From Burkholderiaceae bacterium (GTDB lineage: Bacteria; Pseudomonadota; Gammaproteobacteria; Burkholderiales; Burkholderiaceae_B), in contig JAGOAJ010000008.1 of assembly GCA_017983955.1 (NCBI GenBank), positions 24,184-88,183 on the forward strand: a stretch of DNA of 64,000 nucleotides, written 5' to 3'. Under the pieces are notes generated by a model. That model saw only the letters and a list, made by a program, of their open reading frames with translations. It was not told the DNA's origin and did no database searches. A program made the translations under genes and the position numbers. Below are positions 26,940 to 35,071 of this stretch, in pieces. Every line of letters starts with the position of its first letter. The first letter of the stretch is position 1.

Positions 26940-27419
26940 TTACTTCTTGATATCTGCTTGCACCAGGACTTTCATACCCTTGTCGGCCAAGGCGTCAGCC
27001 AGAGCCTGCAGACCAGCCAGTGCAGCCTTGGTGTCCTGCTCTCCGTTGCCGCCGCTCAGGCCGATACCGCCGATGACTTCATCGTCGACCACAATCGGGA
27101 ACCCACCCACGAAAGCTGCAAACTTGCCTTCGAAACTGAGCTGTATGCCAAAGGCTTCATTGCCTGGCAAGGCTGGGCCGTTAGGCGCCGTGGTGAACAG
27201 ATGGGTGGAACGCTTATGGCCGGCGGCCGTAAAGGCCTTGTTCCAAGCGATTTGCGGGCCGGTGATCCGGGCACCGTCCATACGCTCCAGAAGAATCGGG
27301 AAGCCACCTTCATCAACTACGCAGACAGTTTCCAGCACGTTGATTTCTTTGGACTTCTTGACTGCGGCAGCCACCATCAAACGGGCTTCTTCCACTTCCA
27401 GACGTAAAATCTTTTTCAT
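26940..27419 (-). CDS. GlcG/HbpS-like (DUF336) heme-binding/accessory protein
   Basis: 159 aa. It has LEVEEARLMVAAAVKKS..., VCVVDEGG.PILLERMDGA, NKAFTAA and GG.PI....EVIGGIG.SGG, all characteristic of DUF336. Confidence 0.85.
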   Translation of the reverse strand: MKKILRLEVEEARLMVAAAVKKSKEINVLETVCVVDEGGFPILLERMDGARITGPQIAWNKAFTAAGHKRSTHLFTTAPNGPALPGNEAFGIQLSFEGKFAAFVGGFPIVVDDEVIGGIGLSGGNGEQDTKAALAGLQALADALADKGMKVLVQADIKK

Positions 27420-27464
27420 TGCAAATCCTTTAATACTTTAAAAATAAATCCGAAGCTAAGCTGG

Positions 27465-28967
27465 TTAGCCCGCGCGATAGACTGTTTTGATCTGGGTATA
27501 GAACTCCAGGCCAACACGGCCCGACTCACGAAACGTCGAAGTGCTTGATCGCTTCAGGCCACCAAACGGCGCATTCATCAAGTTGCCAGTTGTTGTACGA
27601 TTGATCTTGACCGTACCGGACTGGATATCTTGCGCAAAACGGTGGGCATAGACAGCGTTTTTGGTGGCAATAGCTGCCGAAAGACCATATTCCGTGTCAT
27701 TGGCCTTGACTATGGCATCGTCGTAATCTTTGACTTCTATAATTGCCAGCACCGGTCCAAAGATTTCCTCTTTGGCGATCCGCATATCCTGCGTAACGTC
27801 GGTAAACACAGCCGGAGTCACGTAATATCCGTGCTCGAATTCGCCGTCCTCTAGACGGTCACCACCGATCAAGTGGGTAGCTTCGTCTTTTCCGATGGCA
27901 ATATAAGCCAGCACATTTTCCATCTGGCCCTGTGTAGCCAGGGGGCCCAGATCGAACCCGATTTGCATACCGTTGCCGATTTTCAAAGCTTTGACCTTGG
28001 CGATCAGCTTTTCGGTGAAAGCCGCCTTTACCGCAGACTCGACCAATACCCGACTGGTGCCGGTACATGCCTGGCCGCTAAGCGAAAACCCGCCCTTTAC
28101 AGCCAAATCAACCGCCTTGTCCAGATCGGCGTCCGCCAGAACGATCAAGGGGTTCTTGCCGCCCAGCTCCATTTGCGTGCGTGTTGTCATGCCGACAGCA
28201 CGATGAATATGTTCACCTGCCGCTGTTGATCCAGTGAAGGAGATCGCCCTGACTTCAGGGGATTCGGTAATGGTTTTGCCTACCGCCGATGCGCGGCCGG
28301 TAATGAAGTTAAGCACGCCTGCCGGTATGCCAGCCTTCACAAAGGCCTCGGCCAGACGGTATCCGCTTAGCGGCGTATCGGTTGATGGCTTGAAGACTAC
28401 GGTATTGCCAGCAATCAAAGCCGGAGCAATTTTTCGCGCCGGTATGGAAACGGGGAAGTTCCATGGCGAAATAACAGTAACAACGCCCAGCGGTTCGCGC
28501 TGAGTGTAGACAATCATGTCATTGTCGTCCTGGGGAAAGGTTTCGCCGGTAAATGTCTGGCCTTCCACTGCGTAAAAACGCAGGGTCTGCGCCGACCGAA
28601 TCACTTCGCCCTTACTAAGATCCAGGCCTTTGCCTTCTTCGCGAGTCAGCTCTTCGGCAATTTGATCTGCATTCTGTTCCAGATAGTCAGCCGCCGAAAA
28701 CAGGATTTGCGCCCGTTTAGCAATAGGGGTATTTTTCCAGCCAACAAATGCGGCCTGCGCTGCGGCAACTGCCGCTGCGGCGTCGCTGGCATCGCTGGCT
28801 TGAAAGTTGCCGACGATATCACGCGTATCAGCCGGACTGATGTTTTTGTATGTATTGCCAGATGCGCTGGAAACCCAGGCGCCGCCAATGTAATTTTGAA
28901 ATACCTGATTCTTTAAATCTTGCACTTTATTGTTCCCTGAACACCTGCCGATAAGGCTGCCAATCAA
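27465..28967 (-). CDS. NAD(P)+-dependent aldehyde dehydrogenase
   Basis: It has YIGGAWV, VISPWNFP, FTGST, ELGGKNP and the catalytic Cys in GQACTGTSR. The start is uncertain: TTG 28967 has AAGGA 7 nt upstream, and GTG 28925 has AGGGAA 7 nt upstream. Confidence 0.92.
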   Translation of the reverse strand: MIGSLIGRCSGNNKVQDLKNQVFQNYIGGAWVSSASGNTYKNISPADTRDIVGNFQASDASDAAAAVAAAQAAFVGWKNTPIAKRAQILFSAADYLEQNADQIAEELTREEGKGLDLSKGEVIRSAQTLRFYAVEGQTFTGETFPQDDNDMIVYTQREPLGVVTVISPWNFPVSIPARKIAPALIAGNTVVFKPSTDTPLSGYRLAEAFVKAGIPAGVLNFITGRASAVGKTITESPEVRAISFTGSTAAGEHIHRAVGMTTRTQMELGGKNPLIVLADADLDKAVDLAVKGGFSLSGQACTGTSRVLVESAVKAAFTEKLIAKVKALKIGNGMQIGFDLGPLATQGQMENVLAYIAIGKDEATHLIGGDRLEDGEFEHGYYVTPAVFTDVTQDMRIAKEEIFGPVLAIIEVKDYDDAIVKANDTEYGLSAAIATKNAVYAHRFAQDIQSGTVKINRTTTGNLMNAPFGGLKRSSTSTFRESGRVGLEFYTQIKTVYRAG

Positions 28968-29050
28968 CCAACAATCCTTTAGTCGGCGGCTGCAATTGCA
29001 GTCGCCGATCCCTGATCACAAGCCGATTGGCCGTAATATGCAGCAGTGGC

Positions 29051-29782
29051 TTAGGCCGCTACTTCCAGTTCTTCCAGCGCAATTTCGGACTGCACGTAAT
29101 CGGTATACAAGGCGGTTGTGTACAACAGACGCATTTCAGCCCCAATTTCGCAAATCTTCAGGCAACGTTGCTGCAACTCTACGGTATCGGCATGCTCCAG
29201 CACGATCTGGTAACCACGTTCGCCGTGGATTTCGTCCGACACAATATGCAGGTCGAAAAACTCGACTTCTTCGTCAGTGAAGCCATAAGTGTCGCGTAGC
29301 GTCGGCGTTTGTTTGCGATAAATGGAAGGCACTTGCGATTCCAGACCCACTACCAAGCCGGCAACGGCCACAACGGGATCTTCGCGCATCGCTACGGCAT
29401 AGCACCATGACTGCAAGGCGCGGGTAGTAGGCGACATATTATCTGGGTTGACCACGCGTTCGCGTGTGGTACCGCAGGCTTCGGCAAAACGGATAAGCAG
29501 ATCGGTGTGGCGATCGCCACCGATTTCTTCTTCATACATATTAGCCAGCAGGAAGTCTTTTGCTTCAACAAATGCGGCTGGCGTACGGGCATAAAGGTAG
29601 CCCAAGTAGTCGGCAAATGGGCCTACATAATGGTAGTGATTTTCAGCCCAGCGAGCCAGGTGTTCGCGGCTTAATTTACCAGTTGCCCAGGCAATGCTGA
29701 AAGGCGATTTATTCGCTGTCTTGCCTTTGATAGCATTTTCGAGTGCGGTACGGAAATCGTCGCGGTTCATTAATTCGGCCAT
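29051..29782 (-). CDS. CADD/PqqC/TenA-superfamily heme-oxygenase-like protein with complete di-iron ligand set
   Basis: 243 aa and all-helical. It has a PqqC-like N-terminus (GKLSREHLARWAENHYHYV). The candidate ligands are E85-x6-H92, E148 and H179-x3-D183-x2-H186. It has a strong SD (AAGGA) and an ATG start. Confidence 0.8.
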   Translation of the reverse strand: MAELMNRDDFRTALENAIKGKTANKSPFSIAWATGKLSREHLARWAENHYHYVGPFADYLGYLYARTPAAFVEAKDFLLANMYEEEIGGDRHTDLLIRFAEACGTTRERVVNPDNMSPTTRALQSWCYAVAMREDPVVAVAGLVVGLESQVPSIYRKQTPTLRDTYGFTDEEVEFFDLHIVSDEIHGERGYQIVLEHADTVELQQRCLKICEIGAEMRLLYTTALYTDYVQSEIALEELEVAA

Positions 29783-29862
29783 GGTCTATCCTTTGTTAAA
29801 AGCACCTGCTGGTGCGGGGCAGTGCCAAGCGGCACATTAGTCTGAATCAAGCTTATGTGAAT

Positions 29863-29906
29863 ATTGTATACTATCTACTAAGTCGCAAAACTAGGGATAT
29901 CCCTAG
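29863..29906. promoter_or_regulatory. Operator region: ATTGTATACTATCTAC (an exact copy of 24426-24441), then the 16-bp perfect palindrome CTAGGGATATCCCTAG
   Basis: It lies 80-125 bp upstream of the CADD-like gene start (29782). The order and ~25-bp spacing of the two boxes match those at 24428/24453. Confidence 0.55.
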
Positions 29907-29932
29907 AGTTGGACTGCTATCTGCAACAATAA

Positions 29933-31387
29933 TTATTTTCCTAGCGAAATGCCGTCTTTGCGTGGGTCTGAAGCGCCCACCAAGCCACCATCGTCGGCCC
30001 TAAGAACTACTTGGGCACCGCCGAAATCGCTACGCCCCCCCAGTTCACCCACGTTTACAGCCGGCTCGCTATACCCTGCTGCCCGCAAGGCCGCTTCGAC
30101 TGAAGCGGGCATGCCAGCCTCGATAGCCAAGGTGTTACCGGCCTCGAGCCGCCACCGGGGCGCGTTGACAGCCGCCTGCAGTTCTTCCTTACCGGCAAGA
30201 ACACGAGTCAGAATTTGAAGCTGGCCCTGGGGCTGCATAAGCCCCCCAACGACCCCCATGCCAAGCAGAAACTTGCCGTTCCGGGTTGTGGCTCCAGGTA
30301 CCACGGTATGGTAGGGCCGTTTGCCTGGCGCGGCGCCATTGATATGCCCAGGGGCTGCAAAGCCAAAACCTCGGTTTTGCAGCACAAAACCACCGCCCGG
30401 CACCGCTATGCCTGAGCCAAAGCGCTTGAAGGTACTGGACATAAGCGTAATTGCCAGCCCATCGGCATCGACAATCACGGTACATACGGTATTACCCGCC
30501 GGATCAGCCACGGTTTCACTAGCCCGCCTCATAGCACTGGCAGTGGCATTGACTAATTGCACCGCGGCCTGCGGACTGCCTGGTTCAAAGTCGTGTGTCT
30601 GCATCTCTTGCAAGGCATCTAGAACAGCGACCCCATGTGTGTTGGGCGGACACTGATGCACCACAGCACCACAAAACGGCGTAGATAACGCCGGGCGAAA
30701 ATCACCCGTATGCTGCTCAAAATCTGCTGTCGCCAACACGCCGCCATGCGCCTGTACCGCCTGCGCCGCCGCATGGGCGACCGCGCCGCTATAGAAGGAC
30801 TGATAACCTTCTGCGGCTATCCCTTCTAGCACACGCGCCAGGTCCGTATTGACAAACTGCTCGCCGGCGCGCGGACTATGGCCTGCTCTGTACAGCTGCG
30901 CACAGTACGCATCGTTGTGCAAGACATGGTCAAATATTTGCCATTCATGCGCCACTATGGGGGCGACGGCGAAACCGTCGCGCGCCAGCTGTATTGCGTC
31001 GTCAAACAACAAGCGCCAATCCAGCCGTCCATAACGGCTATGCAAATCGTGCCACCCACGTACGGCGCCTGGAGTGGTCACAGAAAGCGGATGACGCTCA
31101 GGTATTTTTTGATTAGGCAGGCGAGCGACGTCGTCAGCCGACAACCCCAACGGCGCGCGGCCCGTACCGTTATAGCTTAGGACGCTGCCATCCGGGTGAA
31201 CCAACATCGCCAGCAAGTCGCCGCCAATGCTGGTGGCCATGGGCTCAACAACCCCTAACACCGCGTCGGCAGCAATGGCTGCATCGATAGCGCTGCCGCC
31301 CAGATCCAGCATTTTCTGGGCCGCAGATGCCGCCAAAGGATTGCCTGTGGCGATCATACTGACACGCCCGAATGCTTGTTTGCCCAT
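29933..31387 (-). CDS. Gamma-glutamyltransferase-family Ntn amidohydrolase, no signal peptide (cytoplasmic)
   Basis: 484 aa. It has the GGT blocks ATGNPLAA, GGSAIDAAIA, GGD and the autoprocessing/nucleophile region PAGNTVCTVIVDADG. This aligns with E. coli QTTHYSVVDKDG with the Thr conserved. It also has GGGFVLQN. The N-terminus is not hydrophobic. Confidence 0.88.
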   Translation of the reverse strand: MGKQAFGRVSMIATGNPLAASAAQKMLDLGGSAIDAAIAADAVLGVVEPMATSIGGDLLAMLVHPDGSVLSYNGTGRAPLGLSADDVARLPNQKIPERHPLSVTTPGAVRGWHDLHSRYGRLDWRLLFDDAIQLARDGFAVAPIVAHEWQIFDHVLHNDAYCAQLYRAGHSPRAGEQFVNTDLARVLEGIAAEGYQSFYSGAVAHAAAQAVQAHGGVLATADFEQHTGDFRPALSTPFCGAVVHQCPPNTHGVAVLDALQEMQTHDFEPGSPQAAVQLVNATASAMRRASETVADPAGNTVCTVIVDADGLAITLMSSTFKRFGSGIAVPGGGFVLQNRGFGFAAPGHINGAAPGKRPYHTVVPGATTRNGKFLLGMGVVGGLMQPQGQLQILTRVLAGKEELQAAVNAPRWRLEAGNTLAIEAGMPASVEAALRAAGYSEPAVNVGELGGRSDFGGAQVVLRADDGGLVGASDPRKDGISLGK

Positions 31388-31394
31388 TATTGCC

Positions 31395-32930
31395 TTACCC
31401 GAAAATTACAATCGCGCAGATAGTGGAGATAAATAAGCCTATCAACACGGGCGGCATCAAGGCCCTGACCAAATCAAGCACATGCACACGCGCAAACCCC
31501 GCCACGGCAATCAACGACGACCAGGCGATCAAGGTTCCACCACCAGTCCATATAGCGCCCATCTGACCAATAGCCGCCAAGGTAGCGGGCTCAATGCCAA
31601 CCACCGGACCCAAGGCTCCTGACAACGTACCTGTTAACGGAAGCCCGGAAAACCCTGACCCGTCAATACCGGAAATCATACCGACCAGCAATACACCAAA
31701 GGCCACCATGAAATGGTTATCAGGAATAAGGTGTTGGCCTGCAGAAATGATTTCAAACAACAAGCCTGGAGCTTGGTCGGTCGGAACCCCCAGTATCATT
31801 GCCGCGACTTCATTGGCGCCCAGGAAAAAGAAACCAGCAATGGGCAGTACCGAACCCATGGCCTTAAACGCAAACACAAAACCATCGGTTAAGTGATCGG
31901 GACAGGTGTCCAGCATCTTACGGGGGCCATCGGTAGCCAGCGCCGCCAGCATCATTAGTACAAATGCCACCCCGCCAACCAACCCGGCTGCATCGCCGCC
32001 ACGCAAGGCGGGCAGACTGGGGAATATGCTTGGCAAAACCATAATCATGATTACGCCCAAAAATGCCAGCGGTGTGACCACAGCAAACAATTTCGACCAT
32101 TTGATGCGGGTCCGTTCCTTAGCGGTCATGCCGACCTCAATTGGCTCGTCCGTCACCAGCTCATGTGTCGTACCGCGTGCAATTTCAGCCTTATCGAAAC
32201 TACCAGAGGACTCGACTTGCGTCAGCGTACTGTCTTGGGCGGTATTCTGCCAGGCCGTCAGCAAAGCGGCATTGGGTGCAACAAAATGCCTGCGCGTGAC
32301 TATATAGGTAATCAACAGAGCCACGACGCCAGTAATAATCGACAGCACCAGCGCGCGGTTACCCACGTCAATAACACTAACGGCGACCCCTGCTGCTTTG
32401 GCACTGATGCCAGGGGCAACGCCAATCACGTAATCAGACGACAAGGCCATGCCCTGACCTGCAATGGCGATAACCATCGCACCGACCAGGGGTGGCAAGC
32501 CTGCTGCAATTGCTGCGGGAAGCAAGATGGCCGAAACGAGGGGAACGGCAGGCGTTGGCCAAAAGAACAACGAAATGGTGTACGTACATATCGCAATCAC
32601 CAAAAACGAGGCAGGCCCGCCCTTCATGACTTTGCGAAACGGCTCGACCATTCTGACATCGGCCTCAAGCACCTTCAGCGAATTAAGCAGTGCGGTCATA
32701 AACGTAATGACCAGGAAAATATTGAACAACTCCTTAGCGGCGACAAAGCTGGCCGAAAAAATCCCGATCAAACCGCTGACTGGACTTCCAGTGATGGCAA
32801 AAACCACCAGGAATGTGCCTATCACCGAAGGCACGACAACGTTGGCCCGCATGATCATCGTAATGATAATGACGACTACACTGGCTAAATAAACCCAATG
32901 TGACACATTGAGCATGACATCTGTTGGCAT
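31395..32930 (-). CDS. Large polytopic membrane transporter, family unassigned (two hydrophobic halves joined by a hydrophilic loop)
   Basis: 511 aa with at least 12 predicted TM segments. A central polar loop reads ...NTAQDSTLTQVESSGSFDKAEIARGTTHELVTDEPIEVGMTAKERTR.... The gene ends 7 nt upstream of the GGT-family gene. Confidence 0.65.
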   Translation of the reverse strand: MPTDVMLNVSHWVYLASVVVIIITMIMRANVVVPSVIGTFLVVFAITGSPVSGLIGIFSASFVAAKELFNIFLVITFMTALLNSLKVLEADVRMVEPFRKVMKGGPASFLVIAICTYTISLFFWPTPAVPLVSAILLPAAIAAGLPPLVGAMVIAIAGQGMALSSDYVIGVAPGISAKAAGVAVSVIDVGNRALVLSIITGVVALLITYIVTRRHFVAPNAALLTAWQNTAQDSTLTQVESSGSFDKAEIARGTTHELVTDEPIEVGMTAKERTRIKWSKLFAVVTPLAFLGVIMIMVLPSIFPSLPALRGGDAAGLVGGVAFVLMMLAALATDGPRKMLDTCPDHLTDGFVFAFKAMGSVLPIAGFFFLGANEVAAMILGVPTDQAPGLLFEIISAGQHLIPDNHFMVAFGVLLVGMISGIDGSGFSGLPLTGTLSGALGPVVGIEPATLAAIGQMGAIWTGGGTLIAWSSLIAVAGFARVHVLDLVRALMPPVLIGLFISTICAIVIFG

Positions 32931-33065
32931 GTGGTTTTCCCCCTAACTGATCGCTAATATGTCGTTGATACCTTGCCGCCTTGCAGCTGATACCGGGACG
33001 TTGATAATAATTAACAGCGAACAGTGACGTTCCTGAAATTGATCGACACGGCATCCTAAGCGCCG

Positions 33066-33247
33066 CGAACGGTATACTGTATTTCAAAAATGATTTGATA
33101 GTTGAAGAAAAAACAGCTTATAAGGGATTACGATAATAAAAAACTGCCGATAACAGGCAAAACCTCTAGGGTATTCCCGCAAATCCTCATCAGACTGTGT
33201 CCAGTCCTTTCGATTCCCAACAAAATAGAATATCGTATACCGTTTAT
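33066..33247. promoter_or_regulatory. Divergent control region with two oppositely oriented GTATAC-boxes (33066-33085, 33228-33247) and an internal CTAGGGTATTCCC box (33166-33178)
   Basis: In gene orientation the boxes read GAAATACAGTATACCGTTCG (toward the minus-strand transporter) and GAATATCGTATACCGTTTAT (toward the plus-strand TauE-like gene). Confidence 0.45.
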
Positions 33248-33267
33248 AGCGTCCGGATTAGTCAACC

Positions 33268-34002
33268 ATGCATCAACTCGTTATGTTTTCCGACCCATGG
33301 CTATACGCCATGATGGCCGTGCTGATATTTTTTGCAGCCTTCATGCAGGGCCTGGGCGGAGTCGGGTTTGCCATGTTTGCCGCACCGATAGCCGCGATAT
33401 TTTTTCCACAAATGGTGCCCGGCACTCTGTTGACGCTAGGCGGGTTCGTGTCCTTGCTCACCGCATTACGCGAGCGCCACGATACCCTTTGGCCAACGGC
33501 CGGCGCAGCTCTGGCTGGGCGCGCCATCGGCACGTTAATCGCTGTCTTTGTCTTGGCTCAGCTGGCGCACAAATCCGTGAACCTGCTGTTTGCTGCCCTT
33601 ATTCTTATTGCTGTCGTCCTAAGCGTGGCTGGCCTACGCATCGCCACTACTCCTAGAAACATCACGCTGGCAGGAATAGTTTCGGGCATCATGGGCACGC
33701 TGACCTCGGTAGGCTCGCCGCCGCTGGTCATCGCGCTACAGCACACCCCGCCGCCCAATCTGCGCGCAACGCTGGGCGTTACCCTATTTTGCGGCTCGGC
33801 TTTTTCATTGATCATGCTGTCCTTTACCGGACACTACACCCTAGAGCAGCTCTTGCTAAGCGTGACCCTTGCACCCTTCATGTTTCTGGGCTTTTCACTG
33901 TCCAGCCAAATACATCAGAAAGTCAGCCCGGCAGCAATCAGGAAGCTACTGTTGACGTTTTGCGCCACCAGCGCTGTGGGCCTGATATTGAAGACCCTAT
34001 AA
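33268..34002 (+). CDS. TauE/SafE (TSUP, DUF81) family anion-export membrane protein
   Basis: 244 aa with 7-8 TM helices. It has the motif FAAFMQGLGGVGFAMFAAP near the N-terminus and a repeated half (GIMGTLTSVGSPPLV). Confidence 0.82.
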   Translation: MHQLVMFSDPWLYAMMAVLIFFAAFMQGLGGVGFAMFAAPIAAIFFPQMVPGTLLTLGGFVSLLTALRERHDTLWPTAGAALAGRAIGTLIAVFVLAQLAHKSVNLLFAALILIAVVLSVAGLRIATTPRNITLAGIVSGIMGTLTSVGSPPLVIALQHTPPPNLRATLGVTLFCGSAFSLIMLSFTGHYTLEQLLLSVTLAPFMFLGFSLSSQIHQKVSPAAIRKLLLTFCATSAVGLILKTL

Positions 34003-34059
34003 GGCCCTGGCCTGCCGAACCGGCAAGCGTTTATCTAACCGTAACCAAAAGATCATATA

Positions 34060-34803
34060 ATGGAAGCTCCGTCCATCACTTTTACACTCGGCTTAATGAA
34101 ATTGCCTGCTATTACCGCCGGACTGCCTGCCGCCAAGACTGACCCAGCGTCGTTGAAAATAGGTAATCAGCACTCCTCATTATTTGCGGTCATTGCCGAT
34201 AAGTTACGGGAACGTATCCTTAGCGGGGAATTCAAGCCAGGCGACCGACTAGTCGAAGGCAAGCTGTCAACCGATATGGCCGTTTCCCGCGTACCTGTGC
34301 GCGAAGCCCTGCGTGCGCTGGCTGCCGAAGGCCTGGTCACCATCGAGCCCCGACGCGGTGCCTATGTATCTATCTTGTCCGACGAAATCGCCTATGACAT
34401 GGTCGAAGTCCGCGCAACGCTTGAAGGCCTGAACGCCAAGCTGGCAGCACAGCGACGCGACGACAACACCATCGCTAACCTGCAAAAGATACTCGCCGAA
34501 GGCGCACAGGCCATTAACACTCAAAGCACTGAAAAACTGTTCGCCCTGAATATCCAGTTTCATGAAACGCTGGCGATTATCGCTGGCAATATTGTGCTGA
34601 CCGAGCTCATGCGCTCATTACGCGACCGTACTGCCCTTCTTTTTGCGCCCAGCAATATGCATCGGATCAAACAGAACTGGGAAGAACATGCGCAAATCCT
34701 AAGCGCTGTGATCGCCGGTAACGGCGATCTGGCTAGCCTGCTGGCCACGCAACACGTCCATAACGCCGCCAAGGCGTATGTCGACACCCGCAAGACGCCC
34801 TAA
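34060..34803 (+). CDS. GntR-family transcriptional regulator (FCD subfamily)
   Basis: It has LRERILSGEFKPGDRLVEGKLSTDMAVSRVPVREALRALAAEGLV and a helical FCD domain. The start may be at 34096 (MKLPA...). Confidence 0.88.
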   Translation: MEAPSITFTLGLMKLPAITAGLPAAKTDPASLKIGNQHSSLFAVIADKLRERILSGEFKPGDRLVEGKLSTDMAVSRVPVREALRALAAEGLVTIEPRRGAYVSILSDEIAYDMVEVRATLEGLNAKLAAQRRDDNTIANLQKILAEGAQAINTQSTEKLFALNIQFHETLAIIAGNIVLTELMRSLRDRTALLFAPSNMHRIKQNWEEHAQILSAVIAGNGDLASLLATQHVHNAAKAYVDTRKTP

Positions 34804-34941
34804 CGTCTCGCCCTCCCACAAAACCGCTGTACCCCACCCCTTCAGCCACGCCGACCTGCTCGCCTGAGCACGTCGCGCCGCTAGGCAATCCCTGACGACC
34901 GACCACCAACACGCGTCGTCACGCTCAATACACGTAAAACC

Positions 34942-35023
34942 CTAGGGATAACCCCGGATTCTTAAACTGGGCCATCCATGCTATTTTTCACATCTTGTAA
35001 TAAAGAATACTGTATACGAAAAC
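34942..35023. promoter_or_regulatory. Control region of the ABC operon: CTAGGGATAACCCC (34942-34955) and GTATAC-box GAATACTGTATACGAAAAC (35005-35023)
   Basis: The box order and ~70-bp spacing are the same as upstream of 33268. The GTATAC core lies ~60 bp upstream of the 35072 start. Confidence 0.45.
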
Positions 35024-35071
35024 ACAACGCATTGTAGTACTCCAGGACCACCTTAATAAGGAAACCAACCA

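Noticed and set aside
32163-32892. Two overlapping plus-strand ORFs of 241 and 142 aa
   Set aside because: Both are antisense to the 511-aa transporter gene. They are Arg/Gly/His/Asn-rich with no motifs and overlap each other in different frames.
33102-33656. A 184-aa plus-strand ORF starting in the divergent intergenic region
   Set aside because: It uses a different frame from the TauE/TSUP gene over most of its length and is Arg/Cys/His-rich. The TSUP frame gives a coherent multi-TM protein.
33066-35023. TACTGTATAC-containing boxes as LexA/SOS boxes
   Set aside because: They lack the CTGT-N8-ACAG dyad of proteobacterial LexA sites, and the downstream genes are catabolic or transport genes. 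A GntR-type GT-N-AC operator is the better reading.
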